Positions 42,470-51,302 of a stretch of DNA of 64,000 nt are shown here, one piece after another. Position 1 is the first letter of the stretch; each line of letters opens with the position of its first letter. The stretch covers positions 192,001 to 256,000 of the forward strand of contig CAVSNY010000004.1 in NCBI GenBank assembly GCA_963729605.1, written 5' to 3'. The notes under the pieces were generated by a model, which saw only the letters and a program-made list of their open reading frames with translations, made no database searches and was not told the DNA's origin. The position numbers were made by a program, and so were the translations under genes. Source of the stretch: an uncultured Gammaproteobacteria bacterium (GTDB lineage Bacteria > Pseudomonadota > Gammaproteobacteria > DRLM01).

Positions 42470-43527
42470 GCGCGCACATCCACCAGTTGGGACGGCAGTT
42501 TCGGGAAGGGGTCGCGGGGCGGACTCCCGATAAAACATTGTAACTGGCCTATTGTTAAACCCGCCGCGGTCAGCGCCTGTTCTAGCCAGTTTAAATGGCG
42601 GGTAATCAGCTCGCCGGCCGCCGCTTGCTCGGCCCATAACAGGCTGGACACCTGTTCGGAAGCGAATGTCAGTTTGGCATGCACGGGGCCGAGCGACGGC
42701 AACTCGAAATTCAGCCATACCGTCCAGACCGGACCGGATTGGCCGTCGCGCGCCGGAGACTCCCGATCGATTTGCAATTGAAAGACATCCACCCCGTCGG
42801 CACGGCGCAACGGTAATTCCGCGCTGACCGCGGTGGCGGGAGAGGGCTCGGCCAGGGCGCTCAGTTGATGCAGCTCGATGCGGGCCAAGGCGGCGGAGAC
42901 CGATCGGCGCAGATCGCCGTTGTTCTGATCGTCCTTTTGAAGCGTGGCCAATAGCCGCAGCAGATTGGCTTTGAGATCGCCGTCGAGTCGTGCCCCGTCG
43001 CCGCGGCTGAGTTTGTTCTCCAGCAGAATGCCGGAATCGTTGAGCGCCTGCTTCAGCGCGCCGGCCTGAAAACCCGCGCCTGCGCCGGGCAGATGATCGA
43101 GCAGCTGTTTGAGCAATTGCAGCGCCGGGGCCGGTAAACCGGCGGCGGTGCCGGCGTTGAACACGACCTGGAGGGCGGCGAACGCCTGTTGCAGGGGCAA
43201 TTGTTGAGGGAGGACGCCGCGCAGGGCGGCGCTGAGCGGATCCGGATCGGGCGCGACGGTCGGGTTGGACGTGGTTGGTACGATCCGCAATACCGGTTGC
43301 GCGCCGCCTCGCACCACTTCGAGTTGCAGCGGGGTGCGGGGCGCGAGCGGGGTGGCGGTGGTGGCCTCCACGGTAAACGCGCCGATGCGCAACGAAACGG
43401 TCTGCGGCCCGCTGTGGCCGAGCACCACGGCATTGAGACGTTGCCCGGTTTGCCAGGCAGGCAGGGCGGCCGCGCCCGCGGAGGGCGGCAAAACGGCAAA
43501 GGTGGTGGCGGTGGGTGCGACAGGCAT
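42466..43527 (-). CDS. Second FliK-like hook-length control protein
   Basis: SGILLENKL, DLKANLL, LARIELHQL, WTVWLNFELPSLGPV, LVDVRA end. Confidence 0.82.
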   Translation of the reverse strand: MPVAPTATTFAVLPPSAGAAALPAWQTGQRLNAVVLGHSGPQTVSLRIGAFTVEATTATPLAPRTPLQLEVVRGGAQPVLRIVPTTSNPTVAPDPDPLSAALRGVLPQQLPLQQAFAALQVVFNAGTAAGLPAPALQLLKQLLDHLPGAGAGFQAGALKQALNDSGILLENKLSRGDGARLDGDLKANLLRLLATLQKDDQNNGDLRRSVSAALARIELHQLSALAEPSPATAVSAELPLRRADGVDVFQLQIDRESPARDGQSGPVWTVWLNFELPSLGPVHAKLTFASEQVSSLLWAEQAAAGELITRHLNWLEQALTAAGLTIGQLQCFIGSPPRDPFPKLPSQLVDVRA

Positions 43528-43634
43528 ATCGGCTTCCGTTTCAGTCCCCGCGGATGCGGCGAGTATACCCCAGCGGGAGGCATTCGGCGGTGCGCTGTTT
43601 GACGCTGTGGGTGCGCTTGGTTAGATTAGCCTTC

Positions 43635-44540
43635 ATGTCGATCATCAATGTCTGGTACATCCGTCGCAATGGCGAGGTCAAAGGACCTTTTCCGTCAGGC
43701 TTGGTTACCCGGCATATCCTGCTTGGCCGCGTCCGCGAGGACGATGAAATCAGCCCCGATGGCCAGACGTGGTCGCGGGTCAGCGAGCATCCCGAACTGA
43801 TCCCCGCCGTAGTCAAAGAAAATCCCGGCGACCCCGCCGCGCAGGACCGGCTGATCACCGCGCGGCGCTGGGCCGACGAACGTAACGGCGAACGCCGCGG
43901 CGATGACGCCGCGCCCGGCATCGAAAAACGTCGCCGCACCGACCGGCGGACACCGGAAACCCCCGAGGAAATGGAATATCGTTTGCTGCGTTCGGTGCGG
44001 ACTCACGAAGAACAAAAAGAATCGCATCAACGGGCGATCGTATTGGGCGTCGTGGCCGTGCTGGTCATCGGCTTAGGCGCCATGGCGTATTTTTATGAAC
44101 CGGCCTTGCAGGATAAAGGGGGGGCGGAGTGCGCGCGCGCCCCCGCGCCGAATATCGATTGGAGCAACTGTAGCCTGGAGGGTGCGCGACTGACGGGGGC
44201 CAATCTCGCCGGCGCCAAACTGTACAGTACCAAGTTGACCGGGGCCAATTTGCGGGGCAGCCGCCTGGCCGGTGCGAATTTGTCTTACGCCTTTTTGAGT
44301 TTGGCCGATCTGGACAATGCCGATTTACGCCAGGCGGATTTGATGGGCGCCAATCTACGCCGCGCCAATCTCGCCCACGTCCGGTTCGATGGCGCCAATC
44401 TTTCTTACGCCGACCTCACCGGTGCCGAATTGGCCGGCGCGGATTTGAGCAATGCAAAACTGGGCAATGCCATTTGGCCCGACGGCACGATCTGCGCGCC
44501 CGCTTCGTTGGGCCGGTGCGAATCTGCTTCCAGCAACTAA
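43635..44540 (+). CDS. GYF_2-like domain / TM / pentapeptide-repeat protein
   Basis: WYIRRNGEVKGPF N-terminus, ERR/DRR linker, TM IVLGVVAVLVIGLGAMAYF, A(N/D)Lxx repeats capped by Cys pairs. Confidence 0.85.
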   Translation: MSIINVWYIRRNGEVKGPFPSGLVTRHILLGRVREDDEISPDGQTWSRVSEHPELIPAVVKENPGDPAAQDRLITARRWADERNGERRGDDAAPGIEKRRRTDRRTPETPEEMEYRLLRSVRTHEEQKESHQRAIVLGVVAVLVIGLGAMAYFYEPALQDKGGAECARAPAPNIDWSNCSLEGARLTGANLAGAKLYSTKLTGANLRGSRLAGANLSYAFLSLADLDNADLRQADLMGANLRRANLAHVRFDGANLSYADLTGAELAGADLSNAKLGNAIWPDGTICAPASLGRCESASSN

Positions 44541-44735
44541 TTCCGATACGGGCGGCGATGTTCAGCTTCGAGTAAACGCGGCGATACATGCGTACGCCGG
44601 GACCTTTACAAGTAAAAAAAGCGCAGATGCAAACCACGGAGGACCCGGAGAAAAATAAATGGCCGCGCGCCGTGGCCGAAATCAGCTAATAGGTGAACTC
44701 ACTCAGTGCCCCTCTCTCCGTATCTTCGTGGTCCA

Positions 44736-45293
44736 TCATGAATGCGCGTCGATCTGCGTGGCGGTGTAGCGGTAGATGCGCAGTTCCTCCGCCCAGAATT
44801 CTTCGGGCAAACCCGCCTTCAATTTCAATTGGAGCAGGAACTGAATGGGGTCGGGTAACATCTCCCATACCGCAGGCAGGAAAGTGGCGCGCCGTTGTCC
44901 ATATTCCAAGATCACCCCGTCGATGCCGGGACGCAGCGCCGTCAGCAAGGCCGTTTCATCCGCCACGGGCATGACTTCGGGGGACGACAAGATCGACAGA
45001 CTGAGCCGCACCGCCGGCCATTCCGATGCCGCCAGTGGCGCGAAACGCGAGTCGCGAAAGGCCGCCGCATAGGCGTTTTCGTGAATATCCGCCGCCAGCG
45101 GCCGCACGGCTTCCAAACTGCCGATGCAGCCGCGCAAGGCCTGCCCTGATTTGAGTGTCACGAAACAGGCGCGCGGCGCCTGCAATTCTTCGGGAAATAC
45201 CGCCGTATCGAGGTCGAAACAACGGGCGTGCTGCAAGCCATGTTCGATGGATTCCCGCGCGATGGTTAGCAGCTGGGGCGCGAAGCCGTTCAC
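44736..45293 (-). CDS. amrA: AmmeMemoRadiSam system protein A (AMMECR1 family)
   Basis: ACFVTL..LRGCIG, AAFRDSRF, RATFLPAVWE. Confidence 0.93.
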   Translation of the reverse strand: MNGFAPQLLTIARESIEHGLQHARCFDLDTAVFPEELQAPRACFVTLKSGQALRGCIGSLEAVRPLAADIHENAYAAAFRDSRFAPLAASEWPAVRLSLSILSSPEVMPVADETALLTALRPGIDGVILEYGQRRATFLPAVWEMLPDPIQFLLQLKLKAGLPEEFWAEELRIYRYTATQIDAHS

Positions 45294-45311
45294 CGTTGTA
45301 TCGCCGGCGCG

Positions 45312-46097
45312 TCAATGAAACGCATAAGCGCCGTAGCCGACCACCCGATTGCGCGGACCGGCGGTGTCGCCGGAATTGCGCAGATCCAGGGTCTCGCCGC
45401 GCAGGCCGTGTTGGCGGGCGGCCTCCAGCAGTCCGTTCACCGCCTTGCTGCCGCAGGCGTGCTCGGCGTCGATGCCGCGGGTTTCCAAGGCGCTGATCGC
45501 GTTCGAGGTGGCGCGGTCCATGGCCAGCGCCGTGGCGTAATCGTGATAGTGGCTGAGGTCCGAACTCACGACGATCAAAGTCTCGATGCCGTCCCACAGC
45601 AGGGTTAACACTTCGCTCACTTCCTGGGCGCTGGCTTCGCCCACCACCAAAGGCACCAGCGTGAAGTCTCCCAGCGCCAATTGCAAAAAGGGCAGTTGGA
45701 CTTCCAGCGAATGTTCCCAGGCGTGGGCTTGATCCAATACCTGTACTTGCGATAACGCGGCAAGCAGCCGCACCGCGGATTGATCCACTGTCACGACGCC
45801 CAAGGGCGTGGTGAAACCGCTGGCGCTGCTGGTGGCCAGGCCGTGAAACGGAATGCGATGGGAAGGCCCCAATAACACGACGCGGCGAATGGTGTCGCGA
45901 CCGCTCATCACTTGTGAGTAAGCGCTGGCGGCGACCGGCCCGGAATAGATATAACCGGCATGAGGAACGATGATGGCCTTAGGCGGCGCCGTGCCGCCGG
46001 GATGTGCCGCCAGCATCCCGCTCACCATCTCGCGCAAGAGCGCGCTGTCACCTGGATAAAAACTCCCCGCTACGGCGGGCGCGCGTATGGTCGTCAT
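45312..46097 (-). CDS. amrB: AmmeMemoRadiSam system protein B (MEMO1 family)
   Basis: RAPAVAGSFYP, PHAGYIYSG, EHSLEVQLPFLQ, SSDLSHY, VVGY. Confidence 0.94.
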   Translation of the reverse strand: MTTIRAPAVAGSFYPGDSALLREMVSGMLAAHPGGTAPPKAIIVPHAGYIYSGPVAASAYSQVMSGRDTIRRVVLLGPSHRIPFHGLATSSASGFTTPLGVVTVDQSAVRLLAALSQVQVLDQAHAWEHSLEVQLPFLQLALGDFTLVPLVVGEASAQEVSEVLTLLWDGIETLIVVSSDLSHYHDYATALAMDRATSNAISALETRGIDAEHACGSKAVNGLLEAARQHGLRGETLDLRNSGDTAGPRNRVVGYGAYAFH

Positions 46098-46387
46098 AAT
46101 CACCCTCCGCTGACTCGGATATTACAATGCTTATTGGGCGGTACCCGAGTAAAAATTTCACCTTCGGAATGCTGCCTCCTCGTGACACCGCTACACAGGC
46201 ATGGCATGCAAAGGAAACGTCGCCTTAACAAGCCGATGTATGAGTACTGGTTTATGAGTACTGTGTCAGTCTTTTTTAAAGATAGTACGGCGCGCACGCT
46301 TGGCAAGTTCCGCCGTTGCCGCGCCGGGTTGAACTATACTTGATCTAAGACGTCGCAAAACAGCGGCTGCGATGTCAAGGAGACAAC

Positions 46388-47485
46388 ATGCCGGCCGAAG
46401 TTCCGCGAAGCGTGGTACCCGTCAATTACTGGCATCGTTTGGATGACGGACGCGTGCAATGCGATCTCTGTCCGCGTTTCTGCAAATTGCACGAGGGGCA
46501 GCAGGGTTTGTGTTTCGTGCGCGCGCGCCGGAACGACCGGATGGTGCTCACCAGTTACGGCCGTTCCAGCGGCTATTGCGTCGATCCCATCGAGAAAAAA
46601 CCGCTTTACCATTTTCTGCCGGGCACGCCGGTGCTGTCGTTCGGCACGGCGGGCTGCAACCTCGCCTGCAAATTCTGCCAGAACTGGGACATGAGCAAGG
46701 CCCGCGAGATGGACGTGCTCGCCGACCACGCCCCGCCCGAACTGATTGCCCGCGCCGCACGTGATCTCGGCTGCGGCAGCGTGGCCTACACCTACAACGA
46801 TCCGGTGGTGTTCATGGAATACGCGGTGGACGTGGCCGAGGCCTGCCGCGCCGAGGGCATCAAGTCGGTGGCGGTGACGGCGGGTTACATCACCGAGCAG
46901 GCGCGCGAGGATTTCTTCCGGCACATGGACGCCGCCAACGTGGATTTGAAGGCCTTCACCGAACGGTTTTATCACAAGGTCTGCGGCGGTCATTTGCAAC
47001 CGGTGCTGGATACCTTGATGTATTTAAAACAGCTCGGCTCGGTATGGCTGGAAGTCACCACCTTGCTCATCCCCGGCGAAAACGACGGTGAAGCGGAGCT
47101 GGAAGCGATGAGCGCCTGGATGATGGAATACCTCGGCCCCGACGTGCCCTGGCATTTCAGCGCCTTTCATCCCGATTGGAAGATGCTGGACATACCGTCC
47201 ACGCCCCTGACCGTTTTGCTGCGTGCGCGCGACATCGCCCGTAAACACGGCATGCGTTATGTCTACACCGGCAACGTGCACTACGCGACCGGCGATAGTA
47301 CCTATTGCCATCACTGCGGAGAAAAGGTGATCGGCCGCGATTGGTACGTGCATACCGCGTGGCATCTCACCGACAACGGTCGTTGTTTGACGTGCGGCAC
47401 GCCGCTGCCCGGTGTCTACGCCGGTCCGCCGGGCGAGTGGGGGGCGCGGCGCCGGCCGGTGCGCTTGCAGGATTTCTCCGCCTAA
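46388..47485 (+). CDS. amrS: AmmeMemoRadiSam system radical SAM enzyme
   Basis: CDLCPRFC, DPIEKKPLYHF, GCNLACKFCQNW (CxxxCxxC); divergent from amrB. Confidence 0.94.
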   Translation: MPAEVPRSVVPVNYWHRLDDGRVQCDLCPRFCKLHEGQQGLCFVRARRNDRMVLTSYGRSSGYCVDPIEKKPLYHFLPGTPVLSFGTAGCNLACKFCQNWDMSKAREMDVLADHAPPELIARAARDLGCGSVAYTYNDPVVFMEYAVDVAEACRAEGIKSVAVTAGYITEQAREDFFRHMDAANVDLKAFTERFYHKVCGGHLQPVLDTLMYLKQLGSVWLEVTTLLIPGENDGEAELEAMSAWMMEYLGPDVPWHFSAFHPDWKMLDIPSTPLTVLLRARDIARKHGMRYVYTGNVHYATGDSTYCHHCGEKVIGRDWYVHTAWHLTDNGRCLTCGTPLPGVYAGPPGEWGARRRPVRLQDFSA

Positions 47486-47523
47486 TCGCTGCGCGTGTGA
47501 TGCCGGTGCCGGTTAACGTTTTA

Positions 47524-48390
47524 TCACTCGCGGCGCGCATCCCCCGTCTTCACGGCGACCTCCACGTTTTCCCGCGAAGTGGCCAATAATCTCGACACCG
47601 CCAGGCCGGCGGCGTAGTAATAATTTTCGCGCACCAAGGGGCTGTCTTCGAACACCGCGCCGCTGAGGTTATCCAGACGCGCGAAGCCGCCTATCCACCA
47701 ATCGCCATAGCGTTTTTGCGCGGTGAGGGTGATCCGGCTGCCGGAGTAACCGCCGGCGGCGTGGTATTCGGGGCGCGTGGCGGTGGCCTGGCCGGGCAAC
47801 ACTTCATAGAAATAATCGTGATAGCCGCGGGTGGCGAACAGCGGCCCGGCGCCGACGCCGACCTTCCAGGGACCGCGCGTGCCGCCGTTGCGGGTTTCGT
47901 ATTCGATATAGGGCGCGAATACCCAGCCGTGATCGTCGAACTCGTTCCAGTCCACCGAGAAGGCGGCGCGCAGCGGCAGGCGCAGCCACAGCGCGGCGTC
48001 GCGCTGGCGGGCGCGCCGCAGCCGGTATTCCAGTTGCGGGCCGATTTCCAAGGTCGGGTGCAGTTCGCGCATGCCGGCGCGGGCGCCGTCGCTGGTTTCG
48101 GGGACGGGCACGCCGGCCGCCACGCTGATGTCGAGCAGGAGCCGGTCGCTGGTGAACAGTTTGCCGCGCAGACCACCTTCGTCCACTTGCAGATAACGGC
48201 CGCGATACTTGAAATACGGTATCGGCAAGATATAACTGCGGCCCGCGTCGGCGCCGCGGTAAAACGGTACGGAGATCACGCCCAGCCCCAGTCCCACTTC
48301 CCACTTCGGCAGGGATTGGGCGCGGCTGGGCGCGGCGGCGACTAACAAGGCGACGGTTAGAACAAGGCGGAAACGAAACGATACCGACAT
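47524..48390 (-). CDS. MipA/OmpV family outer-membrane protein
   Basis: Signal peptide; WEVGLG..PFYRGA..PYFKYRG, YHDYFYEV, DSPLV. Confidence 0.85.
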   Translation of the reverse strand: MSVSFRFRLVLTVALLVAAAPSRAQSLPKWEVGLGLGVISVPFYRGADAGRSYILPIPYFKYRGRYLQVDEGGLRGKLFTSDRLLLDISVAAGVPVPETSDGARAGMRELHPTLEIGPQLEYRLRRARQRDAALWLRLPLRAAFSVDWNEFDDHGWVFAPYIEYETRNGGTRGPWKVGVGAGPLFATRGYHDYFYEVLPGQATATRPEYHAAGGYSGSRITLTAQKRYGDWWIGGFARLDNLSGAVFEDSPLVRENYYYAAGLAVSRLLATSRENVEVAVKTGDARRE

Positions 48391-48427
48391 CGGTGTAGTG
48401 GCCTATGGCTAAAGATTCGCGGCGGGG

Positions 48428-49621
48428 CTACCAGCGCCGTTCGACGATTTCGCGGATCTCGCGGTCTTCGAGCAGGATGGGATTGGTCTTCATGCTGTTG
48501 CCGCGACTGTGGGCGACGATCTTGTCGAAATCCGCCGGCGCGACGCCGTAGTCGCGCAGGCGCGGCAGGTCCAGTTGTTCCGTCCAGGCGCTTAGCGTCG
48601 CCATCAGCGCGTCGCAGGCCGCCATTTCATCGCCGTGCGCGGCGCCGCTCAACAGCGCGCCCAACTCGGCGTATTTCTTGAGCGCCGGGCCGTCGGGCGC
48701 GCGGGCGCGCAGGGCGCGGATGTTCACCTCGCTGGCGGTCGCCAACAAGGTGCCGCACACCACGCCGTGTGGGATGGGGAAAAACGCGCCGAGCGGCGAG
48801 GCCAGGCCGTGCACCGAACCCAGCCCGACCTGGGCGAGGGTGATGCCCGACAGCAGCGCGCCGTAGGCCAGGCCCGCGCGGCCGTCGGCGGCGTCGGGGC
48901 CGTCGCCGCGCCAAGCGGGGAAGAAGCCTTCCTGCACCGCGCGGAGGCCGCTCAAGGCCAAGGCGTCCGTAATCGGATTGGCCTTGCTGGAGACGTAGGA
49001 TTCCAGCAACTGGGTGAGCGCATCCATGCCGTTGGCGGCGATGAGGGCCGGCGGGCAGGTGCGCAACAGCTCGGGGTCCACCACCGCGTAGGCGGGGACC
49101 AGGCATTCGTGGCGGAAGGATTTTTTGAAGCCGTGCGGGCCTTGCACGCTGAGCACGGCGTTTTTGGTGGCCTCGCTGCCGGTGCCGGCGGTGGTGGGTG
49201 CGGCGATGAAGGGCACGGCCGGTCCCTGATATTCGCCGCTGCCCACGCCCTCCAGATAATGCATGACCGATTCGTTATGCCGCAGCAGACCGGCGATGGC
49301 CTTGCCGGCGTCCAGCACGCTGCCGCCGCCGACGGCGATCACCACTTCGATTCCGTGGCCGCGTTGCCGGGCGACCGCCTCGTCGATGACCGCGGGCGAC
49401 GGTTCGCCGCTGATGGTCTCGTGTTCCCAGGTGATGTCTTGTTGGCGCAGACCGTCGATGAACGGCGCCCAGAACGGCGATGCAATGAAGGCGTGTCGGC
49501 CGGTCACCAGCAAGGCGCGGTGGCCGAATTCGCGGGCGAGCCGCGGTACCTCGGCGAGCCGGCCCGCGCCGAAGACGATACGCGGCAGGCGGGAAAGGCT
49601 GAAGGGTGCGATGCCGGTCAT
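48428..49621 (-). CDS. Iron-containing alcohol dehydrogenase
   Basis: GGGSVLDAGK, PTTAGTGSE, DALTQLLE, VHGLA, HG; TGATG-coupled to the upstream ORF. Confidence 0.92.
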   Translation of the reverse strand: MTGIAPFSLSRLPRIVFGAGRLAEVPRLAREFGHRALLVTGRHAFIASPFWAPFIDGLRQQDITWEHETISGEPSPAVIDEAVARQRGHGIEVVIAVGGGSVLDAGKAIAGLLRHNESVMHYLEGVGSGEYQGPAVPFIAAPTTAGTGSEATKNAVLSVQGPHGFKKSFRHECLVPAYAVVDPELLRTCPPALIAANGMDALTQLLESYVSSKANPITDALALSGLRAVQEGFFPAWRGDGPDAADGRAGLAYGALLSGITLAQVGLGSVHGLASPLGAFFPIPHGVVCGTLLATASEVNIRALRARAPDGPALKKYAELGALLSGAAHGDEMAACDALMATLSAWTEQLDLPRLRDYGVAPADFDKIVAHSRGNSMKTNPILLEDREIREIVERRW

Positions 49622-49893
49622 CAGGGCGTCTCGGGGAAGAGGCCGATGTATTTCACGCCCAGCCGGGGTCCGGCCATCCACGGCGCGACCCATTCGCGCC
49701 GGCGCGAATAATGGGCGGCGGCGTCGCGGCAGGCCTCGTGCGGCACGGAGCGCGCGGGGGCGGCGTCTTGCGGAATATCGAAGCGCGGATTACCCACTTC
49801 GCGTACCGAGTCCTGGTGATCGGCGCGCCAGGCGGTGTTCAAGTCCGCGATATGTTTCTGTTTTGCATGAACCTGAACGAGGGTGAGGTGCAT
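49621..49893 (-). CDS. ABM/LsrG-like small monooxygenase-fold protein, possibly degenerating
   Basis: MHLTLVQVH..SVREVGNPRFD..WMAGPR pattern; several conserved positions look altered or shortened. Confidence 0.6.
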   Translation of the reverse strand: MHLTLVQVHAKQKHIADLNTAWRADHQDSVREVGNPRFDIPQDAAPARSVPHEACRDAAAHYSRRREWVAPWMAGPRLGVKYIGLFPETP

Positions 49894-50036
49894 GACCGGG
49901 CTCCGTTGCGCGCCGAGCGCCGCTCATCGGCCTGCGCGGCAAAGGCCCTTATCTTCAAAGCTTCACGCGCCCAGCGCAAGCCCCGCCGGGCGTTTTGTCC
50001 CGGCACAGGGAGGAGTGATCTATATTTATCTTGTAA

Positions 50037-50072
50037 CTCCCGCGGCCAGCCGCGGGGAATTTTAAAATCAAA
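50037..50072 (-). repeat. Repeat family B, terminal hairpin only
   Basis: Reverse complement tttgattttaaaattccccgcggctggccgcgggag matches the start of the 60972 copy. Confidence 0.7.
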
Positions 50073-50146
50073 CAAGGAATACATGCGCCGTGCGCAATCG
50101 GAACAATGGAGTCCATGACGATACGCGGCGGCTAGGAGGACGGTCC

Positions 50147-50656
50147 ATGGGCTTGGCCACGATGTTGGTGAGATATTTGATCCGCAATGGCGTGAGTTAT
50201 GAAGTCGTGACTCACCGGATGACCGCGTGCAGCGCCGCGAGCGCCCACATGGCGCAGGTGTCCAGCAGCCAGGTGGCGAAGAGCGTGGTGTTGAAGGACG
50301 ACACCGGTTACCTGCTGGCGGTATTGCCCGCCGCCAACCGAGTGTTGCTGGGCCGTTTGCACCAGCAGCTCCAGCGCGCCATCGGTTTGGCTACCGAGAA
50401 CGAAGTGAACGGTTTGTTTTGGGATTGCGTCCCCGGCGCGGTGCCGCCCCTCGGCCCGGCCTACGGTCTGGAGGTCGTCGTGGACGACACCCTCTGGGGC
50501 CTGTCTTATGTGTATTTCGAGGGGGGCGATCACCGTGAGCTGGTGAAAGTGCAGGGTGATGATTTCCAGCGCCTGTTGCCCGGTGCGCGGCATGGCCGTT
50601 TCAGCCGGCCCGCGCCGCGGTCCTCGCGTTCCGCATGGGCCGCCGTGCGGGCTTGA
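50147..50656 (+). CDS. YbaK/EbsC family aminoacyl-tRNA deacylase-like protein
   Basis: VAKSVVLKD, LAVLPA, CVPGAVPPLG, YFEGGDH; RBS GGAGG. Confidence 0.88.
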   Translation: MGLATMLVRYLIRNGVSYEVVTHRMTACSAASAHMAQVSSSQVAKSVVLKDDTGYLLAVLPAANRVLLGRLHQQLQRAIGLATENEVNGLFWDCVPGAVPPLGPAYGLEVVVDDTLWGLSYVYFEGGDHRELVKVQGDDFQRLLPGARHGRFSRPAPRSSRSAWAAVRA

Positions 50657-50698
50657 TCCAAGCCGCCATGGGCCCATAATAGGGCGGAGAATTTTTAA

Positions 50699-50845
50699 GG
50701 GAGCGCTGAATAATTCCATCCGGGAATCTCAGGGCGGGGAAAGCGAGAAATGTCATTTTCGCTTTCCTTCACTTTACAATGGCTGACCGCCGTTGAAGAT
50801 GGCGGCACCGTATGCCGCGGGAACCGCCGATTAATCGGCGGTTCC
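50699..50845 (-). mobile_element. Repeat family A copy 2 (inverted)
   Basis: TTAA-gggagcgctgaataattccatcc... colinear with the reverse complement of 38990-39140; ends in a perfect 26-bp palindrome at 50820-50845. Confidence 0.75.
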
Positions 50846-50890
50846 GTGCCAAAAACGAAAATCCCCCAGCAGAATGAAGGAGTGACGAAT

Positions 50891-51238
50891 ATGGGCGGCG
50901 AGTGCCTGTTCTGCAAAATGGCCAATGGCCAAATCAAGCCCGATATCGTTTACGAGAATGAGGCGGTGCTGGCGTTCAAAGACATCAATCCGCAGGCCCC
51001 GGTGCATGTGTTGGTCATTCCCAAAAAACACATTGCCACCCTCAATGACCTCGAGCCCAACCACGAGGTGCTGATCGGCGAGTTGTATTTGACGGCGAAA
51101 AAAGTGGCCCGGCAACTGGGCATCGCCGATGGCGGTTATCGGACCGTGATTAACTGCAACGCCGACGCGGGGCAGACGGTGTTCCATCTCCACCTGCATG
51201 TGCTCGGCGGGCGCCAGTTGGGTTGGCCGCCGGGGTGA
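50891..51238 (+). CDS. hinT: Histidine triad nucleotide-binding protein
   Basis: CLFCK, AFKDINPQAPVHVLVIPK, GQTVFHLHLHVLGG. Confidence 0.93.
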   Translation: MGGECLFCKMANGQIKPDIVYENEAVLAFKDINPQAPVHVLVIPKKHIATLNDLEPNHEVLIGELYLTAKKVARQLGIADGGYRTVINCNADAGQTVFHLHLHVLGGRQLGWPPG

Positions 51239-51247
51239 ACCGGGCAT

Positions 51248-51276
51248 AAAAAAACGCCGGCGGGAGGCCGGCGTTT
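51248..51276 (-). terminator. Intrinsic terminator between convergent genes
   Basis: aaacgccggc-gggag-gccggcgttt stem; poly-T tail on the minus strand. Confidence 0.75.
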
Positions 51277-51302
51277 CAGGTTTTCGCAAACAGGCGACGC
51301 GT

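Noticed and set aside
50750-50890. 47-aa N-terminal extension of the HIT ORF
   Set aside because: Read-through of repeat A copy 2; the real start is ATG 50891 with a GAAGGAG RBS
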